Below, piece after piece: positions 20,289 to 29,388 of a stretch of DNA of 64,000 nt; position 1 is the first letter of the stretch, and each line of letters opens with the position of its first letter. The position numbers were made by a program, and so were the translations under genes. Origin of the DNA: Gemmatimonadaceae bacterium (GTDB taxonomy: Bacteria; Gemmatimonadota; Gemmatimonadetes; Gemmatimonadales; Gemmatimonadaceae); the NCBI GenBank assembly GCA_051859245.1, contig JBHYGA010000007.1, positions 93,741 through 157,740 on the forward strand, in the 5' to 3' direction. Under the pieces are notes generated by a model. The model ran no database searches and was not told the origin of the DNA. It saw only the letters and a list, made by a program, of their open reading frames with translations.

Positions 20289-21713
20289 TCACTCAAGGCG
20301 GTCGGTTTCATGTGTGCCTGACAACACGTCGTGAAAACGACCCTTCCATGGCACGGTGAAAGAGTCCCAGATGTCCGGTTTGTTTGTACGCTGTTCCTTC
20401 ATCTGCGCCATGGTCAGTACCTTGCCATTTGAGCGCGCATTGATGAGCCCGAAATGGATCTTCGCTCCGCTTACAGCGCGCGCAAGCTCGGTTGAGAAGA
20501 AGAGCGGATGCTCGCCGCGCGTGTGTCTGGCGACCGCACCGACCGCGTCCGCGACCGGGTGGTCGAAGCTCTTGTTGTCGCCAGACGAAACCACATTCGC
20601 GTGCGGGCGGACTTTCTTCAGGAACTGAACAAGAAAATCTGATGATCCGTGGTGGCACGCCTTCGCCACATCGCACGTGAACGGATTCGCGTCCCCGTAG
20701 TAATTGAAGAGATGCAGCTGCGCGGGAATATTGAGGTCACCGCCGAAGAGAAACGCATGCTCGCCGAAATGGAGCTTGAGCACAATGGAGTGACCGTTGC
20801 GCGTGTGTGACGAGCTGGGCCTCGGTATCTCTGCACGATCTCTTTTGTCCTGCCGCTTGACCACAACATCTTCGGCGTCTGGAAACGTGACATATTCGAC
20901 GGTGCCACTCGCCTTCGTTGGCACGGGGGCGAGCACCTCGATGAAGAGTTTGTCGTCGCCGCGCTCTGAAAAGCCTGGAAGTGTCTTGTTCCGCACGGTG
21001 ATGCGCTTTGCGCTGCCTAGTCGCCCTGCAGCCTTCGCGTTGAGAGCGGCCGCCCAGAACTTCTGAAACGTTGTGGGATTTCCTGTGGCTGTCAGGAGAT
21101 GTCCGCTGTCGATGAGCGCCTTCACATCATTCAGCGTATCGATGGTCTCGACAAGCACATGCTCAACCTGTCCATCGACGGTTGTCGTCTTCAGCTTGCC
21201 CAAATCAAAATCGGCGTGCGCCGGAAGATTCTTTTCCGAATAACGAATGATGCCGTTGTGGTATATGGTGTCGACCTCGAACGCCGGATCGTTCAGTACC
21301 GCGATGAACGCTTCGTAGTGATCCTGATCCGGATGGCTGACGACCATCGCCTTGATCTTGACCTTTCCGTCCTGTGCGATGAGCGGCCGGTAGCGGTGCT
21401 TCATGAAGCGGTAGAGATGCTGGGCCGGGCCGCCATCAATCAGAACGAGCCCTTGTGGCGACTCGATGATTGCGCCATCGCCCTGTCCTACATCGACAAA
21501 GAAAACTTTCAGCCCCGGATTGTCGCGCACGTCATCCTGATGCACCCATCCGCCCGGACCTTCTGAATGCGTAGTCACGTTCAGCCAGTCGCCCTCTTCT
21601 GCTTTGACGATCAGGTACGTACCGAGCAGGACGTGATTGAGCTTCTTCGCGTGTCGACTCGGATTCTCGTAGAGAATGGTCTCGGGTTTGTCACCGTATA
21701 CTTCGGTTCGCAT
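20289..21713 (-). CDS. ComEC/Rec2-type MBL-fold metallohydrolase with SH3-like N-terminus
   Basis: DVGQGD, SHPDQDH, FGGDL, KACHHGS, HP; N-terminal EGDWL.V...GWV resembles SH3b. Confidence 0.8.
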   Translation of the reverse strand: MRTEVYGDKPETILYENPSRHAKKLNHVLLGTYLIVKAEEGDWLNVTTHSEGPGGWVHQDDVRDNPGLKVFFVDVGQGDGAIIESPQGLVLIDGGPAQHLYRFMKHRYRPLIAQDGKVKIKAMVVSHPDQDHYEAFIAVLNDPAFEVDTIYHNGIIRYSEKNLPAHADFDLGKLKTTTVDGQVEHVLVETIDTLNDVKALIDSGHLLTATGNPTTFQKFWAAALNAKAAGRLGSAKRITVRNKTLPGFSERGDDKLFIEVLAPVPTKASGTVEYVTFPDAEDVVVKRQDKRDRAEIPRPSSSHTRNGHSIVLKLHFGEHAFLFGGDLNIPAQLHLFNYYGDANPFTCDVAKACHHGSSDFLVQFLKKVRPHANVVSSGDNKSFDHPVADAVGAVARHTRGEHPLFFSTELARAVSGAKIHFGLINARSNGKVLTMAQMKEQRTNKPDIWDSFTVPWKGRFHDVLSGTHETDRLE

Positions 21714-21831
21714 CGCAGTTCCCCCGTTGAGTCGGTACGCTTGACCGCTGACGATGACGCGCGCAGTTCACGTCCACCAGAAATGATTCATGGTGACGGC
21801 GTCTAGAGAATAGAGGGATTTTTTGAGGGCG

Positions 21832-21857
21832 GCGCTACCGGACTGAGCTATATCGGC
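21832..21857 (-). other. tRNA 5'-end-like remnant (acceptor 5' strand + D arm only)
   Basis: Minus strand GCCGATA-TA-GCTC-AGTCCGGTA-GCGC; no anticodon or T arm follows. Confidence 0.45.
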
Positions 21858-21920
21858 AAGACGCGTCGGTACAGAGGGACGGTGCTATGGCCCGCAGTTT
21901 GTCGGCGCAGCGATGCAGGC

Positions 21921-22601
21921 TTATTGTCGACAGTCGCGCGCTGTTGCCAATCGTGCGCTCAACACGCGCGTGATTTCAATGCCGTACGGGGTAACTCCGC
22001 CGTGTCCAAACTGTCCCGGCCCGCGCACGGTGCCTTCGACTGTCACTGCCAGCGTGTGCATGCGGGCCCGAGGAAGTCGCACACGAGCAATCCGCGCGCT
22101 CGCCTCGGGAGAAAAGGTTGGCCACGCCCGTATGGACTGGTCACACGACACAAATCGCAGCCCCTCGAACTCGTTCGTATAGAGGCCAACAAACGTGCCG
22201 GTGCGTACCGTATACGGGCGCATGTCGCAACCTGTCACATCCGCGCGGACATCGCGGCGTCGCACCAAGCTGTCGGTGGGCTGGAGGGTCTCACGATAGA
22301 GAAACCGACGGCTTAGCTCGCCCCGCTCGCCGGGACAAGAGATAGAAACAGTATCTGGCTCCATGCGAAGGCCGGCTAACTCGAAGTAGCCGGTGGAGTC
22401 CACTCGCACGCAGAGACGCGTGCCGCTACCAATCAGGCTGCAGACATCGGCGCGAAGTACTGGGCGACCGGTCACAGAATCGCGGATGGTGCCGATGAGC
22501 TTGATTGAGTCTTGAGGTGCGCTCGTGGGCTGCGCCGCGAGCGGCGATGCGCACAGCCAGAGCAAAGCGATAGTAGCGGCGTACAGGGAGGGCCGCATCA
22601 T
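21921..22601 (-). CDS. Secreted protein with carboxypeptidase-regulatory-like N-domain
   Basis: Signal peptide, GTIRDSVTGRPV..A, VDSTGYF; C-terminal G.FGH.G. Confidence 0.65.
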   Translation of the reverse strand: MMRPSLYAATIALLWLCASPLAAQPTSAPQDSIKLIGTIRDSVTGRPVLRADVCSLIGSGTRLCVRVDSTGYFELAGLRMEPDTVSISCPGERGELSRRFLYRETLQPTDSLVRRRDVRADVTGCDMRPYTVRTGTFVGLYTNEFEGLRFVSCDQSIRAWPTFSPEASARIARVRLPRARMHTLAVTVEGTVRGPGQFGHGGVTPYGIEITRVLSARLATARDCRQ

Positions 22602-22763
22602 GTTCCCACGCGCGTGACGTCTGTCCAAATCAAGGTGCAAGCGAGTCTCGTGAAGCAGGCAGGTGCGTAGGTTGCTCAAATGAGCAGCCGAGGTGACAGG
22701 TGCTCGATCGGTACGGCCGTGCGCGTTCGGTCCCACTCAGAAAACAGGAGTTCCGCGCCCTCG

Positions 22764-23672
22764 TCACTGAGGCGATGCGCCCATTGGCGGCAAGCGGCGC
22801 ATCCACTCCTCACAGGTTGGCGCCGGTTCACGCCGCGGAAACGTCGGAAGCTGCCTCAACTCAGTGGGCTCCCCAAACCGGAAGAACTCCACCATGTCGA
22901 AGAAACACGAGAAGGGGACGGTGGGCATCATTACCACCTGATAACCCTCCGCGCGCCGCTGCTGCCCGGGAATGTTGGCCAACGTGTTGAACGCATCGAA
23001 CAACCGCGCAAAGCGCACAGGCCCCGCGTCCCACGGATCGACGCCAAGGTCGAACAAGAGGTTCGCCACCGTCTCTCGCGCTGTTGGATCGTTACCGGCC
23101 ACAAACACAGTGGCACGTGTCTTCGTGAGCAACGGATCCATGAAGTACACGATGTTCGGCAGGTTGATTCTGACCACGCGCATCGTCGGGTGCCGCGCCT
23201 GGATAAGCTCAGCGCGCGCACTGTCGGACGTCAGTTCCTGATAACCGTCAGCTGCGACCCTTTTTTCACCGCCGCTCACATCAATGACGACCTTGCCGCT
23301 CAGGTCACCCAGAGAGCCCGCGACCTCAACAACCACCTCACCCGGCACTGCGAGCACGATCACCGGCGCCTGCGACGCGGCCTCGAGCTGAGTTACGGCG
23401 GACGCGTTCGGCCCGGTCCGCTGCACGAGCTCGCGCACGGCGTCGCGATCGGGCTCTCGGCTGCCGTAGATCACTCGATAGCCCTGTGCTCCAAGGGCCG
23501 GACCGAGGGCGCCGGCGAGCGTGCCCGTACCGATGATCGCTACAGCGCCCTTCTGCACAGCGGGCGCAGCACGGTTGGCGGCGGGAGTCTTCTCCGCGGG
23601 CGGGGTTCCGCAGGCCGAAGTGATCGCGAGGGCGGCGAAGAGAATGGGGCGGGCGTAACGCAGTGGAAGCAT
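22764..23672 (-). CDS. Lipoprotein with F420-dependent NADP oxidoreductase-like Rossmann domain
   Basis: Lipobox TSAC; AIIGTGTLAGALG, YGSR.P, VLAVP, GKVVIDV, FVAGND. Confidence 0.75.
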   Translation of the reverse strand: MLPLRYARPILFAALAITSACGTPPAEKTPAANRAAPAVQKGAVAIIGTGTLAGALGPALGAQGYRVIYGSREPDRDAVRELVQRTGPNASAVTQLEAASQAPVIVLAVPGEVVVEVAGSLGDLSGKVVIDVSGGEKRVAADGYQELTSDSARAELIQARHPTMRVVRINLPNIVYFMDPLLTKTRATVFVAGNDPTARETVANLLFDLGVDPWDAGPVRFARLFDAFNTLANIPGQQRRAEGYQVVMMPTVPFSCFFDMVEFFRFGEPTELRQLPTFPRREPAPTCEEWMRRLPPMGASPQ

Positions 23673-23761
23673 GAGGCGGTCGCTGGATCAGAGTGCGTTT
23701 CGGATCGAGAGAAAGTGCACGTGGCATGCGTCCACCGTCAATCCGCGTCGCGGGGGCGCTG

Positions 23762-23938
23762 CTACCAGCGCCACACCACAGAGGCCACACCGTAGTGCAC
23801 CCACGCAAAGCTGTAGGCCTCGTCAATGTCGGTACCGAGTTGCCAGCGCGAAGTCAGGCGCCAATCACCGGCCACATGCAACAGCGGCACGAAGCCGAGA
23901 TCGTCTTTGCGTGCGGATACGTTGTCCTGCGCAAGCTG
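23762..23938 (-). pseudogene. C-terminal remnant of an outer-membrane beta-barrel gene
   Basis: KDDLGFVPLLHVAGDWRL...DIDEAYSFAWVHYGVASVVWRW*, with terminal aromatic residue; no start or signal peptide. Confidence 0.55.
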
Positions 23939-23964
23939 GTTAGCCGACAGTGACACGCGCGCAG

Positions 23965-24498
23965 TTATTGCAGCTGAGCGAACACCACGCAGTAGTTGTG
24001 TCCGTATTTCTTCGAACACTTCGGACAATAGGCGTAATGGAAGTAGTAGCTGATCGCCTTCCGGCCGCGAGACGCGAGCAGCGCGTTCGTCGCCTTGATC
24101 CACTTCGGGGCGTCCTGATACGGGCCGTCGAATACTTTGGCGAAGAAGGTTCCCGAAAGCTTCGTCATGCTACCTCCGGGCACGTCCTTCGTCACCGTCA
24201 TGAGGATCTCCGACTTCCACGGCGACGAGTCGTGTAGAAGGATCAGAAACTCTTTCGGGTCGGGCATTGCCTGCGCGTCAAGGATCTGACTCATCATCCG
24301 CGTGACGACCGATCCCATGTCGATGGGCACGTGCAGCAGCGCGCGGACGTCGTCCGTGAAGAACAGCTTCTCGCGCCAATCGTGCGTTACGCCGTCCCAA
24401 GGGGTCGGATCGAATACGGCGCAGCACACGTCGTTGTCCGGCATGGCCGAAGGAGTGGTTGCGGTGGCGCGTCGATCACCGGGTGCCTGGCTGGTCAT
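23965..24498 (-). CDS. Conserved protein (GyrI-like fold, often annotated 'hydrolase')
   Basis: CC..FDP..WD, KVFDGPY, YCPKCSKKYGHNY. Confidence 0.7.
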   Translation of the reverse strand: MTSQAPGDRRATATTPSAMPDNDVCCAVFDPTPWDGVTHDWREKLFFTDDVRALLHVPIDMGSVVTRMMSQILDAQAMPDPKEFLILLHDSSPWKSEILMTVTKDVPGGSMTKLSGTFFAKVFDGPYQDAPKWIKATNALLASRGRKAISYYFHYAYCPKCSKKYGHNYCVVFAQLQ

Positions 24499-24876
24499 AG
24501 TGGTCTCGCCGTGGAGGGGGACGAAGGGAAACCGTCTGGTACTCTGCATGGTGCGGGTCGGCGCGGTAGCCCGCAGTCGGGCAATGCACCGCTCACTCCT
24601 CGGGAAAACCCCTTGAAGCGCTAGCCGTTCTCCCTGCTTGCGCTCCCGCACCCCCCGCCACACGTTCTTGAATGACGAGTGCAACCCACTCGCCCCACGT
24701 TCGCTGCCCCTCGCGGCGAACGCGTGTCCTCACCCCCACCGTCGTTCGGCGGCGCGGGGGACGCCCGGTGGAAGCGAGGCCCGCGCACACGCGCCCGCAC
24801 ACTTCCCGGTCAGGACGCCCCCGCGTCCCGCGCGACACGACCGCGCGGTAGCAGTATCGCGTTCTTTGGAGGGACG

Positions 24877-26979
24877 ATGCGGGAGTATGACAGTGCCGGT
24901 ATCAGGAACGTGGCCGTGGTGGGCCACGGCGGCAGCGGAAAAACGAGCCTCGTAGACGCGCTCTGCTTCGCCGCCGGCAACGGCAAACGCCACGGCCATG
25001 TACGCGACGGAACAGCCCTGACCGATCACCTCCCCGAGGAGATCGAGCGGGGCTTTTCGATTGCACTAGGCTGCGCATTCGCGGAATGGATGGACAGCAA
25101 AATCAACTTCGTCGACACACCAGGTGCACTCGACTTTCAAGGCGAAGCACTGGCCGGACTCTCGGCGGCCGACGGTGCACTGTGCGTCATCAGTGCGGTG
25201 AGCGGCGTAGAAGTTGGCACCGATCGCATGTTCCACTGGGCCGTGGAACGCGATGATCCCGTGCTCTTTGTGGTGAGCATGATGGACAAGGATTCGGCAG
25301 ACTTTGACGCCGTGTACGAACAGGTGAAATCACAACTCACGAGTAAAGTGGTGCCGGTAGAAATCCCCATTGGCGCCGGCACCAATTTCACTGGCGTGAT
25401 GAACCTGTTCACACAACGCGCGTACACATACTGCGCCGGGAACAAAGGTGAATACGAGGAAGCCGACATTCCCGCGAACGAACGCGAACGCTTCGATCGC
25501 TACAGACAAGAACTCATCGAAGCCATCTCCGCCACCGACGACGCACTCTTAGAGCGTTATCTCGAAGGGGCCGAGATTGATCGTGATGAAGCGATCTACG
25601 GTATGAAAGAAGCGATGAAGCGCGGCGAACTCTTTCCTCTATTCTGTGTAAGCTCCGAAAACATGATCGGCGTGCGCGCGCTGCTCACTGAAATCGTGCA
25701 GCTCATGCCCAATGCGTATGAAATGGAAGAGCTGCACGGATTCACAGGCGCTGAAGGCAATAACAGCGTGGAAATTCACGCGCGAGACGACGCACCGTTC
25801 GCCGCAATCGTGTTCAAAACGGCCAACGAACAACACGTTGGCGACGTGAGTTACTTTCGCATTCTCTCCGGCTCCGTGCGCAACGGCGACGAAGTGTACA
25901 ACGCCACGCGCGACGTCGCCGAGAAACTCAATCACATTTCATTGCCACTGGGCCGAGAACGTGTAGAAGTCTCCCGCCTGCACGCGGGTGACATCGGCTG
26001 CATTGCCAGACTGCGCAACACGCACACCAACGACACACTCTCCACGCGCGAACATCCTATTCGTTTGCCGGAACTGCGCTTTCCGGAACCGCTCGTACAC
26101 TTTGCCGTACACGCCGAGTCGCGGAACGACGAAGAAAAACTCCAGCAGGGACTGCACCGGCTGCACGAAGAAGACCCCACGCTCACGGTGCACTACGAAC
26201 CAGAGACGCACGAAACAATTGTGAGCGGCATGGGCGAACGTCATCTCGATATCGCGATGGCCACATTGCAACGCAAGTTTGGTGTGAAGGCCGAACTCAC
26301 CAAACCCAGAATTGCCTATCGCGAAACACTCACCGCGAGCGGAGAAGGCCAAGGCAAACACAAAAAACAATCCGGTGGACGCGGACAGTTTGGTGATTGC
26401 TGGGTGCGCATGGCACCACTGCCACGTGGCGAAGGCTATTTATTCGAGAACAAGATCGTGGGCGGTGTCATCCCATCACGATTTGTGCCCGCGGTCGACC
26501 GCGGTGTGCAGGAAGCCGCCGCGCGTGGTGTTCTCGCCGGCTATCCACTCGTGGATTTCCGTGCCGAATGTTACGACGGCTCCACGCACTCTGTCGACTC
26601 GAACGAAATGGCGTTCAAGATGGCGGGCATTCTCGCCTTCCGCGCCGTTGCACCCAAGTGCAAACCGGTGCTGCTCGAACCACTCGATCTGCTCGAGATC
26701 ACCGTGCCCGATCAATACCTGGGCGACGTGCTCGGCGACGTGAGCGCGCGTCGTGGACACATTCACGGCACCGAACCGGCCGGCGACGGCCGACACACTG
26801 TGGTGCGCGCGGTGGTACCGCACGCCGAGCTGCACTTGTATGCCACACCGCTGCACAGCATGACGCACGGACGCGCAACCTTTACGCGTCGCTTTGCGGG
26901 GTACGATCAGGTGCCGCCTGACGTCGCGTCGAAACTCATCGCGGAACACGCGCGCGAGGTGGCGGAGGCGAACGCTTAG
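24877..26979 (+). CDS. fusA: Elongation factor G paralogue (EF-G2)
   Basis: GHGGSGKT, DTPG, GMGERHL, KKQSGGRGQFG, DGSTHSVDS; G4 reads SMMD; RBS GGAGG. Confidence 0.92.
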   Translation: MREYDSAGIRNVAVVGHGGSGKTSLVDALCFAAGNGKRHGHVRDGTALTDHLPEEIERGFSIALGCAFAEWMDSKINFVDTPGALDFQGEALAGLSAADGALCVISAVSGVEVGTDRMFHWAVERDDPVLFVVSMMDKDSADFDAVYEQVKSQLTSKVVPVEIPIGAGTNFTGVMNLFTQRAYTYCAGNKGEYEEADIPANERERFDRYRQELIEAISATDDALLERYLEGAEIDRDEAIYGMKEAMKRGELFPLFCVSSENMIGVRALLTEIVQLMPNAYEMEELHGFTGAEGNNSVEIHARDDAPFAAIVFKTANEQHVGDVSYFRILSGSVRNGDEVYNATRDVAEKLNHISLPLGRERVEVSRLHAGDIGCIARLRNTHTNDTLSTREHPIRLPELRFPEPLVHFAVHAESRNDEEKLQQGLHRLHEEDPTLTVHYEPETHETIVSGMGERHLDIAMATLQRKFGVKAELTKPRIAYRETLTASGEGQGKHKKQSGGRGQFGDCWVRMAPLPRGEGYLFENKIVGGVIPSRFVPAVDRGVQEAAARGVLAGYPLVDFRAECYDGSTHSVDSNEMAFKMAGILAFRAVAPKCKPVLLEPLDLLEITVPDQYLGDVLGDVSARRGHIHGTEPAGDGRHTVVRAVVPHAELHLYATPLHSMTHGRATFTRRFAGYDQVPPDVASKLIAEHAREVAEANA

Positions 26980-26990
26980 GACGGTGCTCG

Positions 26991-27072
26991 GCGCTGACGT
27001 CAGGGACCGCTCCGGGTTCGCCACTGCCGCTTCGCGACAGAAGCGCCCCGGAGCGGCCCCTGACGCCAGCGC
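26991..27072 (-). repeat. Long hairpin element copy 1 with conserved GCGAAGC minihairpin core
   Basis: 26-nt arms (26991-27016 / 27047-27072, 2 mismatches) around GCCACTGCCGCTTCGCGACAGAAGC. Confidence 0.8.
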
Positions 27073-27241
27073 TGCGGGTGTCGGGGAGCGGGGGCGGCGA
27101 CAGGCGCGTGTGGTCGCGCTGGTGTCGAGTGCGACGGCGGCGTACGATCAGGTTGGCAAGCGAGCGCGGGAGGTTGCTGGCATTTCGCGCGGGCCTGGAG
27201 CGTGGCGCTGAGATAGGAGTATGGGCGTGGCGGGGATACGA

Positions 27242-28456
27242 ATGCGCGCTGTGGCGTGTGCGGGGCTGCTGGTTGCGTTCGCATCGTGTGATGTCGCGAC
27301 CGACCGCGCTCGCCAAGGTGTGGTGAGCGACATTAGCGCATCCGCGCTGAGTGTCATCGAAGACACAATCGCCGCGTGTGGCGCATGCGACGGCGTAGCG
27401 ACGAAAGTGCTTACGCTCAAAGCGCCGCTTGAATCGGCGATCCTGTTTGAGCTGCCTGACGTTGAAAGGGCGGCCAACGGCACGTACTACCTCGGCACGC
27501 GTGACGGCGCGATTCATGCGTACGACACGAGGGGTAGGCGGCTGCGTCAACTCGGACGGCGGGGACGCGGACCGGGTGAGATCGATCGTCTTGTGACGTT
27601 TAGCGTTGGCGCTGACGACTCGGTGTTTGCCGTGAGCAGCGACCGGAGACTGCTGGTGTTCGGGCCAGATCAGAAATTCGCGCGCGGCACAACGCTCGCG
27701 CATGGCGTGTCCACCATGTCGAATGTTGCGCCAAGCATTCAGACGCTGCCGTCGGGACGCGTAGTGATGTCTGCATTTGTCCGTACGCCGGCACTCGATG
27801 GGTTGCCCGTGTTTCTCATGGACACCAGCGGCAAACTGGCGCAGGCGTTCGGTTCGCTGAGCATTGCACTGCCGAGGTCGTTCACGACTCGCGTACTGAC
27901 GCGAGAAGCACACACGGGCGCGCTCTGGGTTGCAGACCCGGCCTGGTATCGATTTGAACGCTACGAAGCACAGGGCGACAGTTTTGCGCGCGAGCCCAGT
28001 CGCGTACTCGGCGTGCGTTCGCCGTGGGTGTTCGGCGGCAATCGTCCACTCATGACTGCAGCCGAAGGCCACGAACTTTTTGAGAACGCCAAGCAGGTCA
28101 TCATCAAATCTGATGTGCGCGCACGTCCGCGCGTACTCGAGCGCGAGCCGACTACCACCATGCGCAGTCTTCGCATAGCTGGCGACACGATGTGGGTCGC
28201 GTGGCAAGTCCCCGCACCAAACTGGAACAAGGTCGAGCTGACCTATCCACTCGCGAACGAGATGATGATCAGCTCCGACCTGAACGATTCACTCTGGAAC
28301 ACTGTGGTTGAAGTGCTCGACGTACGAACGAATCGTGTGCTGTTGCGCAAACACTTCCCGTTTCACGCGCAACTCGCCGCGCCCGGTACACTCGCACATC
28401 CCTACTTCGACGAGGTGGGCAACGTCCTGATCGACATCTGGGCCATCAGACCGTAG
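27242..28456 (+). CDS. Lipoprotein with 6-bladed beta-propeller (NHL-like)
   Basis: Lipobox FASC; LGRRGRGPGEI motif; start 27221 or 27242. Confidence 0.65.
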   Translation: MRAVACAGLLVAFASCDVATDRARQGVVSDISASALSVIEDTIAACGACDGVATKVLTLKAPLESAILFELPDVERAANGTYYLGTRDGAIHAYDTRGRRLRQLGRRGRGPGEIDRLVTFSVGADDSVFAVSSDRRLLVFGPDQKFARGTTLAHGVSTMSNVAPSIQTLPSGRVVMSAFVRTPALDGLPVFLMDTSGKLAQAFGSLSIALPRSFTTRVLTREAHTGALWVADPAWYRFERYEAQGDSFAREPSRVLGVRSPWVFGGNRPLMTAAEGHELFENAKQVIIKSDVRARPRVLEREPTTTMRSLRIAGDTMWVAWQVPAPNWNKVELTYPLANEMMISSDLNDSLWNTVVEVLDVRTNRVLLRKHFPFHAQLAAPGTLAHPYFDEVGNVLIDIWAIRP

Positions 28457-28511
28457 CGCCACTCCAACCGCACGAGTCCCGCCCGCACCCCCCTCGGCGA
28501 AGACACAAATC

Positions 28512-29108
28512 TCAAGCGTGCTGACCTTCGTGCACGCCCTCAAAAATCTCCTCGACCATCTTGGCGTTGAAGGCCGGCAGATCTTCCGGGCTGCGGCTGG
28601 TCACGAGACCCTGATCAACCACCACTTCTTCGTCCACCCAGTTCGCACCAGCGTTCATGAGATCCGTACGAATCGACGCGTATGACGTGAGCTTCCGTCC
28701 ATTCACCACGCCCGCTTCAACGAGCAGCCACGGACCGTGACAAATCGCCGCGACTGGCTTGCCGGCGGTGAAGAAGTCTTTCACGAATGACACCGCGTCT
28801 GCATTCGCGCGCAGCTTATCCGGATTCATCACACCGCCCGGAATCATCAGCGCGTCAAAATCGGCAGCCTTCATTTCGGGCACCGTACCGTCGACGGTGA
28901 TGCTGTCTTCCGCCCAATCGTGCTCCGCCCAACCGCGAATCGTAAGCGCCGTAGATCCGATCGACACAATGCGCACCGTCGCGCCCGCCGCCTTGAGCGC
29001 CGCCACTGGCGAGGTCAACTCCGACTCCTCAAATCCGTCCGTCGCCAACACCGCAACCGTTCGTCCCGTCAAATCATGCTGCGCGTTGTTCTTCGATGAT
29101 GCCGTCAT
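28512..29108 (-). CDS. pfpI: PfpI/YhbO (DJ-1) family protein
   Basis: DGFEESEL, PGG.MNPD.LR, AICHGPW, LVTSR.P.DL. Confidence 0.92.
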   Translation of the reverse strand: MTASSKNNAQHDLTGRTVAVLATDGFEESELTSPVAALKAAGATVRIVSIGSTALTIRGWAEHDWAEDSITVDGTVPEMKAADFDALMIPGGVMNPDKLRANADAVSFVKDFFTAGKPVAAICHGPWLLVEAGVVNGRKLTSYASIRTDLMNAGANWVDEEVVVDQGLVTSRSPEDLPAFNAKMVEEIFEGVHEGQHA

Positions 29109-29292
29109 GTAAAACACTCCGTGTCAGAATGGGCCAACATATTCACTACAAACCCCAACCCATTCCGTTCCGATGCGCGTCGTACATCACAACCGCGTTG
29201 TAACAAACGCACGATCGCGCTGTTCAGCCCCCACCAGTCCCGATCCTGCGAACGCGCACCGCACTACCGTTCAGCTACCCAGATGCTCGAAA

Positions 29293-29370
29293 GGCCGAGA
29301 GGCCTCCCCTCTCGGGCGGCTTCTGCCGCGAAGCGGCAGTGGCAAGCCCGGGAGGGGAGGCCTCTCGGCC
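29293..29370 (+). repeat. Long hairpin element copy 2 (core inverted relative to copy 1)
   Basis: 25-nt arms (29293-29317 / 29346-29370, 1 G-T) around GCTTCTGCCGCGAAGCGGCAGTGGC. Confidence 0.8.
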
Positions 29371-29388
29371 CCCCGCACCGACACGCAG

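Noticed and set aside
21800..21860. Complete tRNA gene
   Set aside because: No anticodon stem, TTCGA T-loop or 3' acceptor strand follows the D arm.
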